The notes under the pieces: generated by a model
What the model was told of the DNA's origin: nothing
Database searches by the model: none
The model's input: the letters and a program-made list of their open reading frames with translations, nothing else
NCBI GenBank assembly: GCA_051294375.1
Contig: CM119263.1
Location: 7,736,635-7,800,634 of the forward strand
Source of the DNA: Paraspadella gotoi
Taxonomy: Eukaryota > Animalia > Chaetognatha
DNA length: 64,000 nt
Reading direction: 5' to 3'
Translations under genes and position numbers: made by a program
In this document: piece after piece, positions 1-13,491 of the stretch
How positions within the stretch are numbered: the stretch's first letter is position 1
Layout of the letters: each line of letters begins with the position of its first letter

Positions 1-287
1 TTCTCGCATTTAAAACGAACCCAACAACAACGCGCATCCTAGTCGAGAGTACGTTAACTGCTCAGTTTTCATCATTAACGTCAATAAACAATCGAAAATC
101 CCTCTTTTTTTTTTTTAGGCCGATGAACTTTGTTGAAGGCTGGCGTCGGTTCGAACCACTCGGACGAGAGCGCGATGCTGGTTTTTAATGGTTTACTCCT
201 CACACATGCTGGTGATAATTAGATCCTGTAAACAACAATTCCCAAATGTTGTTAACGTTGGAACTAAATTTTCTCCTTTGAAACAAA

Positions 288-2650
288 ATGAATTCTCAGT
301 CGGTGGTGGGAGAATTTTACGACATCGGTAAGCTAATTGTCGAGTTCGAAAGAGCGAATCATTGAACTTTCTTTTTATTATCGCTTTTTTAGTTTTTATC
401 GTTTAAACTTTCTTTTTAATTAAAAATTGATGCGGCGTCTGACAAACTTTTAAGAAAAACTGATATATTATCATAATCATTATTAAATTTTTATAAGGTA
501 AAATATTTGTATCATTATCTATCAAAAAGACAATATAAACAATTTTCCGAAGTCGAACCAGAGATATGTATTATATCTATTGTCTACGGATATTCATATC
601 ATATTATGAGATATGCTTACTTAAAAATTGCCCAATGCCCATTACTTTCATTTAAGACATCAACGGGGAAGACCAGACGAGAGCCGAAGATTTGAGTTTG
701 GTCGATCGTCATCTGATTCGACGCCTAGCGGCAAAATTTCTTTTGGCCAAACTCCGCCGCCTGGGCCTCTCCTTTAAACGGCGAAAGAGCGAAAGCTCAA
801 AATCATCTTTGGGCTTGTGGAACTCCTCCCTGGAATGTCTGCTGGAGCGAGACCGACAATTTCATCAAACCGCAAAAATACCGATCATTTATGACGAAAT
901 TCTCAACGGTTTAGAAGGAAGGGGTTTGCAGGTGTGGTTCGGGTTAGTCAAAAATTATCATCGCGCTATCAAATGGTTTAAAAATATATCAGTTATATAT
1001 ATTCGTTTAAATAACAATTTTCCTAGTAGAACGTACTTACATTTCACAATATACTTACGTATATAATTAATAATTTTAATATTTAACAAATGAGAGGATT
1101 TGGCAGCAGCAACACGCGACCTCATCAGATCATCTCTCTTTCTGTTTACTGTAATTTCATGATTCCTTTGACATCCCGTGATCCTACTAGTTAACCTCGA
1201 GAATTTATTGCCCTCCATAAAAAAAGTACATCACCATATATTAACATTTCGGTCAACAGGTTGAGGGGATACTCCGCATCCCCGGCTCGGCCGCCCGCAT
1301 CCGCGCCCTCCGCGACCGCCTCGAAAAACAATACAACGCAGGCAGCTCCAAGTTCGACTGGGGCGAAACCCGCGTCAACGATGTGGCCGCCCTCATGAAG
1401 CAGTTCCTCCGGGAGTTGCCGCAACCCTTGCTGACAAACGAATTGGTAGAGGCTTTCGTCGTCGTCGGAAAACTCCGCGACGATGAGCAGCGTCGACACT
1501 TTCTCAATCTGCTCGTCCTGGCGTTGCCCGACGTCCATAGAGACTGTCTCAAGCGTCTCCTGCTCTTCCTCGACCGTGTCGTCTCCCACGAGAGCAGCAA
1601 CAAGATGACGTTGTCCAGTGTTTCCACCATCATGGCGCCAAATCTTTTCTTGCCGCCGCGCGTCACCGGTCGAGCTCGGGGTTACAGGATCAAAAAGAAC
1701 GAGGTTGATTTGGCGCAGGACACGGCGGGGATCGTGGAGACGCTGATTCGACGCCACGAGGAATTGTGGCTCGTGTCGGAGACAATGATGGAGACGCTCA
1801 GGTCCATCCACTCACAACGACAACAACCGTCTCAGCCGCTCAAGAGAATCATGTGCGGTTGCTTCGATAGGTATCCGAAAAATACGTTAGCTCTTATGAC
1901 AGATTGAAATACAATTAATAGGACATATAAAAAAATAAAATAGTGTATATAAAAATATTTTGAAATTGCAATTATTCTAATTAAAAAAACAAAACAAAAA
2001 GGAAACAAACCATGTTCGCTTTTGTTTGAAAAAAAGCGTTCACAGCTACGTAAGGCTTAACACTAGAAAATTAACCTCTTAACCTCTTCTTCTTAAGATT
2101 GAGATCTCGGCCGAAAACTCCCGAGGATCCCGAACGAGACCGCGACGGTCGAAAGGTTCGCCTCACCTTTCTCCCGGACGACGTTGACCCCGCTGCAGCC
2201 GCCACCACCACGGACGAAAACTTGAACGTTCAAGACGAAGACTCTGCCACTGACGGAACGAGGAAGACTACGCTCGAATGTTCAGTCGCCGACGATCCAG
2301 TCATAAACGTCCTTTCGCGAAAGGCTTCACTCGAGCGCACCGTCACGAGTTTGCACCTGGAGCCCACAACCACGGCTGGTCAAGTGGTGGCGCAGTTTTG
2401 CCGGCTGCACGGCGTCGATCGTCTCCTCAACGCAGCCGCGACCGAGCGGATCGTCGACCCGGTTCCCGGCGTTTCTTCCCTCTTCGCCGACCCCGAGGAG
2501 CCTTTCCGCCTCTTCCTCTTCGAAGTTGGCGGGAACATCGGCGAGCGACGCCTTCATCCCGATGCTGTCGTCAAGGAAGCTTTAGGGAAAAATCCTCACG
2601 CCAAGTGGATTGTCAAGACGAGACTGCAACATCCCAAGCTGGGAGTGTAA
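288..2650 (+). CDS. Rho GTPase-activating protein, ARHGAP18/28/40 (Conundrum)-like; exons 288-327, 657-931, 1260-1870, 2098-2650
   Basis: Phase-compatible GT-AG splicing gives GLQ|VEGILRIPGSAARIR (arginine finger), VAALMKQFLRELPQPLL, NKMTLSSVSTIMAPNLF, and the C-terminal LFEVGGNIGERRLHPD typical of this subfamily. Start ATG at 288 is inferred. Confidence 0.88.
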
Positions 2651-3565
2651 AATATACGTTATGCTACAATTTTAAATCCCCGGCCTCATTCTTATTATAT
2701 TTATACTTATGAACGCTCGGTGGCATTAAAGCCGATTTATTGACAAATTTCGCTTTTAAAGGATCTGCGAATCTATAAATTGTTGGGAGAGGCTTTGTTA
2801 TTAACTTCTGAAACTGCGATATTTCAAAAGTATTAAATAGGTACACAAAAAGAAATCGTTTTATTACATATAAAAAGAATTAACGAACCAAATAGAATTT
2901 ATCATTGTTGACAAATTATTATTGGAGAAATTAGCCAAATTGTACAAATCAAGAAGTAGAAATATAACCGCGACAATTGCGTTAATCAAACGCAAATAAC
3001 ATTTGTAACTTTCTTGGAATAATTGTACCGGTCTTGGTACGATTTTAATCAATTCTGGTTTAATTAATTGTTTTAAAATTAGTAGAAAATGCAGAATTCT
3101 AGCAAAAATATTGACAATTTCGTTTAATTTTTAAAGTTACAAATCTTTCAATTATATGCCAATTGAATGTGAAATATTAAAAGGAAAACGAGTTTGAAAA
3201 AGGGAGTTACGGTGATGTTTGTAAGTAATGAGACATGATAAAGCGAATAACTGAATAACAAACAAAAACTGGACCAGTAGAGAAAGTATTAAAAAAAGAA
3301 AACAATCAGCAAGGAACAAAAATCATAAGTCCATCAGGCAACCAAAAATAAACAAAAGGCTTCTACCTCTAATATAACTGGTCTTGGTATAATGGCTAAA
3401 AAACAAAACTACCTTCTATGGCGCCAATAATAAAATAATTTTCATTCAAACGGATAGTTTGAATTCGGGATAGCAACGGGTGTACAAATCTGGTATTTGT
3501 AACTTTTTTGAAGACCGAAAAAATTACAGAAAAGGCTCGAGAAAAAAAAAATATTTACGTTTAAT

Positions 3566-4934
3566 TTAATCTGCATACATCGGGCCGCCACCGATGCGAG
3601 TGACCTTCTGCAAATTTTCAGCGAGGACTCTCATTGAGGCCAAACGAGCCTTCTCGGCCGATGTGGGGCAATACTTGATAGTGTGGGCGTTGTCCCCACG
3701 AGCTCCGCATTTAGGGCAAGTGTAGTTACGAAGTACGGGACAACGAACTCGTCCGTCGGTGTCTTTCAAAGCATGCGACCTTGAAAGATTTAGATGAAAC
3801 AAGATACTTAATGACCTGAGGAACGTAACCCGATAACATTCCAACCCCTCCCCACCACCAACAAAGTACCTGTACATGTTTTCGCACTCTCCGTTGTTTT
3901 TGCAAAAGTTGCAGAGCGCCCCCCCGCGAGTTTTTTCCTCGACAGGATGCCCCACGCCACACCCGGTGGAGTCGGGAAAGTAGGGCGGCTTCCCGCGGGC
4001 GGAGAGAGGTGACGACAAAGCCATGGCGTAAGGGGCGGATCCCTCGACGGCGGAGCAAAGGGAGAACTTGCCCGACGACTGCGGAGCCCCGCGCCCATGG
4101 AGTGGGTGGACCGTTTCCAGGTGATGAATGGGCGAAGGGCTCGCGCCCATGTTCTGCGGGGGCGCCGGAATGACAGAGTTAGAGAGGCGCGTCTGACGGT
4201 GTGGAAGAATATAAAATGATCATTAATTTCATTATGAAGGTTATTTCCTGAGTCAGTGAAATAAATCTAACTCAGTTATTTCCTGAGTCAGTGAAATAAA
4301 TCTAACTCACCATTTGATTGGCATTGGCTACGTCGAATTCGTCGATCTTCGGGACGAGCCAATTGATGAAGTTGTCCAAGACCGAGGCGTCGCGATGATT
4401 GTTGTCTCGTTGAAGGATTGATCTTTGCAGGCGAAGATTCTCCAGGAGTTGGACGTATCCGAGGCGGGAGTCCCATGTACGCGCCGTCCACTCATTTCGC
4501 CTCAAATAAATGATTCAATGATCATCTTTTTAATTATCTAATGAAATTAAATTCCTTTTAAACGTTATTCAATAATTAAAGTTAACTAATTAAATCTTAA
4601 TTTTAAATAAAAACGCAAAATAGCTGAGTTACATAATCCTACGGTATATTTGGCTAGCTCAAGTTGAAACTCACCTGTCGCTTAGAGGGAAAAGTCTTTC
4701 CAACTCTGTATTGAGCCAAGAATTGACGATTGTTTGGCCGTTAAAATCTCCGGTGAAACCATCGCCGTACAATCTATTGACGGGCGAGTCAAGTTGCGTT
4801 TTGATCGAATTAACCGTCTGATCGGGCAGCATTAGGTTGTATCCTCCATCTGAAACTGGTGTTAGTGAGTGAACCGACACCAGTTGAAGAGATTGATCGG
4901 GCAACTGATGAAATGGGTTATCGGGTATCTGCAT
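3566..4934 (-). CDS. nanos: Nanos CCHC zinc-finger protein; exons 4934-4675, 4500-4311, 4192-3870, 3779-3566
   Basis: Removing the 90-nt intron 3780-3869 gives [53 protein letters not shown], the tandem nanos zinc finger. Upstream exons join in phase via GTGAG donors. Confidence 0.93.
4240..4309. repeat. 35-bp perfect tandem duplication in a nanos intron
   Basis: GTTATTTCCTGAGTCAGTGAAATAAATCTAACTCA occurs at 4240-4274 and 4275-4309. Confidence 0.9.
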
Positions 4935-5571
4935 TTTGATTTTTACTGTTTGGTTGGATTTAGACTGAATCTAAAAATATACAACGAAAATTAAATAGTG
5001 TAAGGTTACATAAATGTAAGAAACATGGACAAAAAAAAATGAAATGTTACAAAAACAACTTGGTAAACAGAGGAGTTGAAAAGTTTCAATTATCTTGAAG
5101 TTGAACGGTTCTTTTAAAAGCGATTAGTTTTTGTAGTTCATCGAAGGAATAACTCAGAGCGTCCATGAAGACGCGTTCTACGCAGGGAGTATAAACCGAG
5201 TCTGGAATACCGAAAAAAATGTTATGTCAGCTGTGACCACTCTCCATAATTGGAATTTAAAATTTTTACCTTCGCAATAAATAGTAGTAGCGTATTCCGA
5301 ATTGGGCGGTCGAGTTGGGGAGTCCCACAACTAATGAGAAAAATAAAGTGATAAATATACGGAGCGTTTCGTGTATAAAGGCGACGAAAAGTTCTAAAAT
5401 TATTATTATAATTACATGCTTATAAATTATTTTCAACATCAGAAGTATTACATAATTAGAGATGAATCTACGATTCTAAATAGTCAATAGACTTCGGAGA
5501 ATATAATTTTTATCAACGCGCTCAACGAATTAAAATTACCGCGCTTAATTTTGTATGATGCCTTATGTACG

Positions 5572-7922
5572 TCAAAAGAATTGGAGGATTTTGCTGAAGA
5601 AAGTTTCGAATAATAATATTAAGATCTCCTGGCCATAAAATCGCGAGAAGCTGAAATCGTTTGCTGTGCGGATCTTCTTTAAAAGCCTGAATTTAGACGA
5701 GTTCCCAAATAAATTCCGAAAGGAGTTTCGCGAACCGGACACCTGTTCAGAAACCTGCGCCGTGACGTGCATTTCCTGCAGCAATTGGAAGAGAGGATGA
5801 GAGCGGAAAGCGATATTGGGTCCGTTAAGAATCAAATCCAGAATAAATTTTTTGTCCACTTTTTGACTGGGAGCTATAGCAGCGGCGATCGAGGACGGTG
5901 GGCAACAAATTTTCGAGACTTGCAAGGTAAAAAAAAGCATATATAAAATTACAAAAACTAATAAATAAACGCACAGTTAACATGAAAATGTTTAGCACCT
6001 TTTTCATCTTGGGAATGTTCTTTGGGATGTTCAGATGGCTCTGTGTTGTCGTGAACATCACTTGCTGCCAAGCATGGGGTGCTGGTGGCCATTGGAGGAT
6101 TATCTTCGAAAGATGCCACCATCTTCGGCTTTAAAAGCATTGCGATTTCCGACAAATGTAGCTTGTTAGATAGTCTGACCGAACCTAGAAAAATAAGCTT
6201 TCAATCAAATACGTAAAATAATTTAAAAAAATAAAGTCACGGTTAGCAAAAATAACTATATAAATTCTATATGAACAGTAACCTACCCCCGTCAAGACAA
6301 AAACCACAGAACAGTGATTATCTAGTAAGGATTAAGCAGATTGCAGCTTCTCTTCACGTATATTGCCTCAAATTATTAAGTCAAACCTACCTTCGCTTTC
6401 AGTGGAAGAATCGGGAATGGTTTTTGAACGGTCTGGGTCTTTGAACGCCGTCGTGGATCTACTCTGACTTGAATCGCGCAAAGAGGTCGCCGGAGTTTTC
6501 GAGTTGGGTTTTGACGAATTAGTTTTCCTAGTTTTCGGCACCGGTGTCGACGACGACGGAGACGCCGCATCTGCCCGAATCGTCTCGTGCTTTCTCTTTC
6601 GCGTCTCTATGTTTGACTCGGCGGATTTAAAAGAGACACTTTTCGAAGAATTCGATTCGCCCTGTTGAATTGAATTGCTTCAACGTACAAGCCTGTTCTA
6701 CGAAAAAAAACAAAAACAAAAGCCTCTTACCCGAGTGTCTGCGCAGAGATGGTGAAAACTTTTTGTTTCGACGACTTTTCCTGCGAGGTGAAATTAATTA
6801 TTATCCATTTACATGTAAAAAGGTGGCTAGGAAACTGGTATGTATGAAAATCTCAAAAAATAATTTTTCTGTTATACATTAGATGATTATATTTTTTATT
6901 AAAAATATAAAATTTAAATAGATAACCATTAATATTATAACTAATTAACTATCATTATTAAACTTTTTTATTTTAAAAAGGAGAGTGGGATTTTAGTAGT
7001 CTTCTGGATATAGGAAGCATCTATACTACACAAGGATAGAATACTTCCTGCTTTCAGGGATAAATAATTAGCTATTGAACTGTTGTGTGTTTATCTTTGA
7101 TAATAAATGAAAAAATCGCCAACTGTGCATTTCACCTCCAACGGTATCGGTCACTTCGGAGCTTCGACTTATCTTTGGAGGGGAAATGATTATAACGGAG
7201 GCGGAAGGGTCGCTCATTTGCGACTCTGGTAAAGGGACAACGACGACCGAGCCGGAGGCTTTCCCGATCGTCGAGCCGCTAGAATCGCAGGTCCAAGATC
7301 CTCCAGAAACTACTGCATCAGAATGGCCCTTAGAGGGCTGTTCTTCGTCCGAGTATCCGACTCGTGGCTGCTCTGCGGCGACTGTCTGATGCTGTTCCGC
7401 GTCGTTTTCGACGTGAACATCCTCCGAGCAAGAACCCAGCAATTCCGCGTCGAGTGAGTGAAGAAAACTGGCATCGAAGACGTCGACAATGGAATGCACC
7501 GACTCGAGGGATTCCAAAAACTCGGCCACGTCGTCCGGGCGATCGATGGAATTGGTCTTAGGAAGAGAGAAGGATCCTTTTGGAAAAATGTAAACCTCGT
7601 ACGTGCGGCCGTGAAAGTCTTAAAGAGTAATGAAAAAGAAATGCTTCCTACCTTTTTCCCCTGTTGGATGATCAGAGTCAATCATGTCGAAAACTTGACC
7701 GCCATTCCAAATCAAGGAGTTGGATATCGGTTGGCCGCCGATCTGCAATTCGACGTCCGACGATGGACTCAAAAGCAGAGAAAACCCTGCCGTCGGATTC
7801 GGATCCTCTTCGGAGATTTTAGTCGACGTTACCTCCGCCACAAGCGTCCCTGACGGTCCCGTGGATGACGCCGCCTCTCGCGGATCAGCGGCAGCGCTCT
7901 CGATAGAGACTCGCCCAGACAT
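5572..7922 (-). CDS. Uncharacterised multi-exon gene (Ser/acidic-rich, largely low complexity)
   Basis: Series of GC-richer minus-strand ORF blocks (7922-7652, 7556-~7137, ~6780-6731, ~6690-6391, ~6185-5977, ~5925-5572) mostly bounded by GT/AG-like sites. No recognisable domain; one junction (7652/7556) is not phase-consistent. Confidence 0.4.
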
Positions 7923-8880
7923 GACCCGACAGGAGAAGGCAAAATCAAAACGTGGGGCCGTTTAAATTCATTGATAGATAAGGCTAATGTAGAAAGAAGA
8001 TTTTCGTCCGTCAATCTTTACAAATTACGAACAAAATAGTATAGCTAGCTGCTCCTATACAATAAAGCAAATTAACTAATAGTAATACAGAGAATAACGT
8101 CTGGAAATAAACCGAAATATTATAAGTCGTAGCCTTTTTTTTAAGCAAACCAAAAACAATAGTAATGCCAATAACGCCAACGAAGATACTTGAAATGACA
8201 CACTGGAGCACGCGCCATCCTTCGAGAATTTCTTTAAAAAGTGGATTAATTGTGCAATTTAGCAAGAATGCATGAAGAATCCCACGTATCACAAGTGAAA
8301 CTAGCCATCTCCAACTTAACACATTTCGAAGTTGTATGATGCCTTTTTTTAGAAAAAAAAAAAATTTTGAAAACGTAATTCTTCAATAAAAATCCTAAAG
8401 TACGAGAGCCGACATGCAGCTAAATTTACTAACTGAAATCATCTAAACGTTGAAAGGAAGCATAGTTATTATTTAAGAAGAAAAAAAATCACATATTACT
8501 ATTTAAAGCGCCATGATTTATGGCATAAACAGTTTTGGTTTATCCTCAGTCGTGACTATCATTGTACGCTTCGAAATCTAGATTGTCCATCCAAAAATTA
8601 TGACATACAATTGATCAGAGACGCAGACGAATATGTATGACAGTATGTACAAACAAAAAAAAAATCAAAAACTTAATACTCATATGATAGGACTAGATCG
8701 TTTTCTAACAAAACGATGTTACAGTGTTTGGCATAAAAGGAAAAAAATATTACTTAAAATAATGTTATGCAATCCTCAAGCACGACTCATGCCAACAAGA
8801 TTCCACTTTTCATGCTATCAAAATTAAAAAAAAAAGTGAATAAACAAATATTTTTCCCCTTCTGGTAAGCTTGGCGGTTT

Positions 8881-11800
8881 TTAACAAGACACTTCGGACG
8901 AGGCCGAATTAGGGCGAGGGTCGGTCGAGTTTAGCGCCACACCCTTCGCTTGGCAATCGTCGCAAACGAAAGCGGCGCCGACGCCGGAATCTTGGACCGA
9001 GGCTCGCGGGGCAACGCGAATGATCGGTGGTGACGGCGATGGGGACGACACGTCGCCGGCTGGCAATTGGCGCCGGGTCCGACTTGTGATAAGGGTTTCG
9101 GGTGTGAGCGGGTGCGCCGGCGGCGGCGGCGTGACTAATCCCTCGGAGAGACTCGATCGTGTGCCAGAGCCGGCCGCGTTGGCGACGAGGGCGTCGGGGG
9201 GGAGCGTCTGCGCCTCGTCCAAACGCGGAGTCGGCGCCAAGAAGTCCACGCGTTCTGAGGGCGCGTCCGACTTTTCCTCTTCAACAAGAGATATTTCCGG
9301 GTCGACGCCGCAAGTACCGGGTGCGACACCATGACGGGCACAGACCATGTGACGAGGGCGTCCCAAGTTTTCGACGCGCCCAGTTAACTTATTAAATAAA
9401 AAAATAATAATTCAATATTTTTTTGGTATTTAATTTTTAGCCAGCAACAAAACGTACATTATTTCTTCCCGGTGGTGGGGCGTGAGCCAGTCGGCCAGCG
9501 GAGGAGAGAGAAGACGCGATGGTGACCAGGCGAGGCGAGGACCGCAGCGCCGACGAGGGTTCCGAGGGGAAACCGGAAACGAAGTCGTCCTCGTCTCTGA
9601 GTGGAGAGGAAAAGTGTATTTAGTAAATATAAGGTAAAAAGTTGGTAGGGGAGTACAGATTGATACAGCCTGAATAATTAACAAATCTTTACCTAGCAAA
9701 ACCGAGATCGAGGCCGTCTTCCGTTTCGGTGGCGCCGTTAGAGCGACTTCGATTTCCGAAACGCGTCAGGCTGTCCTGGCTTTGGCAAACCTGAGGCAAG
9801 GCGACGGGAATTACCAGTGTCCCATTTCATTTTTTTAGCTTTTCCGAAATACCTGAAGTCCATAAGCCTTCAAAATGTCAAGTTTGCACATGGGACAGGT
9901 TCTTTGTTCCAGAAGCCAAGGGTCCACGCATGACTTGTGAAACAAGTGTTGGCATGGAAGGACCCGAACCACTTCTCCAGCCAAGAAGGAGTCTATGCAA
10001 ATGGCGCAAGCGTCCGTCTCGGAGTCAACTTCCTACTCGGGAGAAAGTTAGGCTTAAAGGTTGGAATAGAAATCTTAGATTTATGAGGAACAAGATTGTT
10101 ATTTAGCATATCTACTAATTTTAAAGTTTTTATGAACAAAAACGAAACACAAATTGCTCTTTATCGTAGGATTCTCAAAGCTTTACCATTATTAGGCTGG
10201 ATCTATCTTTAAATCTGAAACGTCGTAAGTTTTTATTTTGTATTACTTGTATTATTATTATTATTATTATTAGTAATTATTCAATTTAAAATAACTTTCA
10301 TGACGAAAATTAGAAATACTGGTCATCTCACACTCACTTTGTCGCTGGATTTGAGAGTCTTTAAGGGAATTTTGGTGATGGCCTTTTTAGCTGCTTGAGT
10401 CAGTCGTTTGGCGAGCCGGTCTTTGGCGTGGGCGTAACGGAATCGTTGAATGTAGTAGAAAATCAGCCACGCTAGGGAAGCGTAAGAGTAAGGTTAATAA
10501 AGTAAGGTAAATAAATCACGTAGTCTTTTCACTCGCAAAAATTTATTAACATTAGTTTCTCGATCCACATTTTAAAATAAAATATAAATGTGTTGCAAAT
10601 AATTTTAACCTTAAAATTGTTCATAAAGTAGCCTGTCAAAAGACGATCACTAGTAGTTAAATTATGATATAAGTTCACTATGCAATTCGAAACTCCTGAA
10701 AGACAATGGCCATCGGTCTCACCCAAAGATATGATCATGAGAACGATGAAAGAGATGGAGACAAAAAGAACAGACGTTCTATTGATCCTGGGATAAGTGG
10801 ACGGCTCCAAGCCTATGTTGATGCGGACAACGACCTTCGTCTCGTTCTCCAGCAGACTCACGATCCGATCCCCGAATTCCTTCGTGATGAAGATTGCCAC
10901 GGCGTTCTCCACTGACGACAGGAAATAAAGCCAACAATTCATTGTTTCAAAAACGTAGCAAAAAGGTAACAATTCAAGTTCAAGCCATAGCCGATGAAAT
11001 TTAAATTCTAATGTATACAGCGTTAAAATAATCTATCAGGAGCATAGATTATAGTATTAAAATAATTTTGGTCAAAAATGCTTTCTTTTGAGGGTACTAG
11101 CCTATTTAAAATTATTATATTACATTAAAAAAATTTTTTTTGAAATCTTAAAATTTTTTTATGGATTCTGATAGTGCATAAAAAGTTAAACAAGAAATAA
11201 AATTGGAGCTTTTAAAAATTCTTACGTTTTCGCATTAAAAATAAAAAAAAAGAGAGAAACAGGAGAGATAAAATGTATAAATTTTCGTTTGTACTCGCGC
11301 TCAATTGAGTGCGGCTACCCCTAATTCAACATGTCAATTTCATTTTAAATCAATTCAACTTATCTTGAACAATATCATTTTCAAAACTTATGTAGAAGTG
11401 AAAACGTAATTTTAAAACATTTATTTTCATTAATCTTTAGCCCTCTGAAACGCATTTCAAACATTTAATTGATTTAAACTTAAAAGTCACTGCAACTAAA
11501 TTACCTTCGTGATGCATAAAGAGCGGCATCTTGTTAGGTTCGTTGTCGAATATGATGACAGCCGTGGCGTTAGCCAGCATCGCATTGCGGATCTTTTCCG
11601 AGAAACGACAATTACCGCGTTCGAGAATAGCGACCCACGAACCAGGCGGCGTCGGTTTTGGCTGGAATAAACGAAGAACAAGGATCAATCGCGTTATTCA
11701 CTGAATCCTTATAAAAAAAAAGAACTCCTGATGAAAAGGGGCAAAAACAGCGGAAGAACTATATAATTATCATATAAAAAATTCGATAAGTATGGCATGA

Positions 11801-12364
11801 TAATAAAAAAAACAATTACGCACCTAAAATTTTATGGAGAAATTCGGTTAATAAGTAAATCAATTTGGCACACCTGCTCCAGCCGCTTGCAACCGTCTGT
11901 CCGGTTTCCGCCATACTTTCCCAAATAGGCCGGGGCGGTGACTTGTTCCATCCGCCCGTTCGTGCCCCATTTTCCCTTGAGCGACTTCTCCGATTTTTTG
12001 AGTCCCGTCAAAGGATCGATGTAGGTAATGTTGACGTAGGCGCGAATTCGGTCCGTGTACCTTTAGCGGAAATAGATTCCAGTTAGTCGATGTAGGCGAG
12101 ATTTAAAAACAAAAAGAAATGTACATTCCAGTATTAGTTTTATTACAATTTAAGCGCCTGTAGCGGACAAAGAAACATGCCCAAGCTTTCAAGAGGTTGG
12201 AATCGAAAAAAGACGAACCTGAAGACCTGCTCGTCCGTTTCGGCCGTCGCCGCATCGTCTCTGTCGATGTCCGCAGCGAGGGCGATCAGACACAAACTAC
12301 AGAAAAACAAAATCCGCCATGCGAAATGCTGAGCGAGGAAGCGACCGAGACTAACGCGAATCAT
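8881..12364 (-). CDS. PA-TM-RING-H2 E3 ubiquitin ligase, goliath/RNF130/RNF150 family; exons 12364-12219, 12060-11874, 11661-11505, 10911-10723, 10471-10338, 10032-9853, 9790-9693, 9596-9458, 9387-8881
   Basis: Signal peptide; PA domain [19 protein letters not shown]; [38 protein letters not shown]; RING-H2 CAICIDSF...[26 protein letters not shown]. All junctions are phase-consistent. Confidence 0.93.
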
Positions 12365-12734
12365 GTTGATAGTTTCCGTAGCGATCCGAGAATATCATGA
12401 CTTATGTAAGTTAGTGACTTGTTGGGTATTTATTTAAAACTGCAAGAACGTTTCGTGACAATAATTCCACAAAGAAGCGACGAAAAAAGAGCTCTGACGC
12501 AATAACAACGTCGCGTGACAGCGAGACAATTATGCAACACCATTTCACCAGACAAGATTTTGTTTAAATTTCATAATTGCTTTAAGTCTAAGAAGAGGAT
12601 AAAAAAAATGTTTATTCGTATTTTTCTCGACGGGTATCGCAACAGCCAGGCTGCCTGCGATGTTGGCTTTGGGGCTTCCGACCCTCAGTGACGCCACCTG
12701 TCACTGGCGCGGTTACCCTGCCAACGCAGAGGGT

Positions 12735-13070
12735 AGTCCTTAGGACTGTGAATGGATCTCTGAGCCAATGGGATTGGCTGAATGAAGCTAGAGGTTAGGC
12801 GGTGTGAATATACCGCCACACGGGCTTAATTGCAGATTCACAGTTCCGAGCTTTTCTAAGATTTATTTTTGTGTAATAATTAATTATCAATTATATTTAG
12901 GTAACTTTTGTTTTTAATTTAATTGCTTTGTTTGAGATTTATAGAAAATTGGTTTTTGATGCAACTGTGGTGGTATATTCACACCACCTCACATCCACGA
13001 TCATTCAGCCAATACCATATAAAATACCATAAAATACCTCAGATATCACGATTCGCGAGTCTTTGGATCT
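12735..13070. mobile_element. MITE-like element with imperfect long inverted repeats
   Basis: ATTGGCTGAATGA...GGTGTGAATATACCGCCACA (~12773-12820) is the reverse complement of TGTGGTGGTATATTCACACC...TCATTCAGCCAAT (~12966-13013), with an AT-rich spacer. Confidence 0.6.
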
Positions 13071-13203
13071 AACATGAGTAGTAAAGGGTTAAGCCTTATT
13101 AAAGTTAATAAAATGGCCATTAATTTGATATTTTATTTCTTAATATGTGCGTAAAACGAGGGCAGCTTAAGTTTGAACAGCGTCTTTTTTTTTTGCACAG
13201 GTC

Positions 13204-13491
13204 TGTAGTTGCCGTTGTGGCGAATCCTAAAATCTCGTCCCGTATAGCTTGGTGAAACTCGGCTTAACCCATTGGCTTGGACAGCCAAGTACTCGTTCAC
13301 CAACCGTGAGTTTCGGGTTCAATCCACTCACGGTCACGCTGGTTAAGTGCGATGGTGTTGACAAACACGCCAGCGACGTGGGGTGGTCACTGCAGGTCTA
13401 AAGCCCTGAGCGCCAGCGTCTTCCGGTTGCCATACTGTTTTCTAATTTTTGAGATTACGGACAACTTGAGAATTAAGAAGTGTTCCCAATA
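13204..13491 (+). mobile_element. Probable solo LTR (or SINE) with tRNA-derived head and twister-like motif
   Basis: Starts TGTAGT like the 41-kb TRIM LTR; B box GGGTTCAATCC within hairpin ACCGTGAGT/ACTCACGGT; twister-like motif 13336-13419; TTACGGA near the 3' end as in the 41-kb LTR. 3' boundary uncertain. Confidence 0.6.

Noticed and set aside
1260-1290. Possible frameshift at the RhoGAP arginine finger
   Set aside because: Homopolymer lengths implied by the antisense ORF translations give an intact VEGILRIPG.
8011-8322. Hydrophobic 103-aa ORF
   Set aside because: Non-ATG start, AT-rich, no splice or domain support; probably UTR/intergenic.
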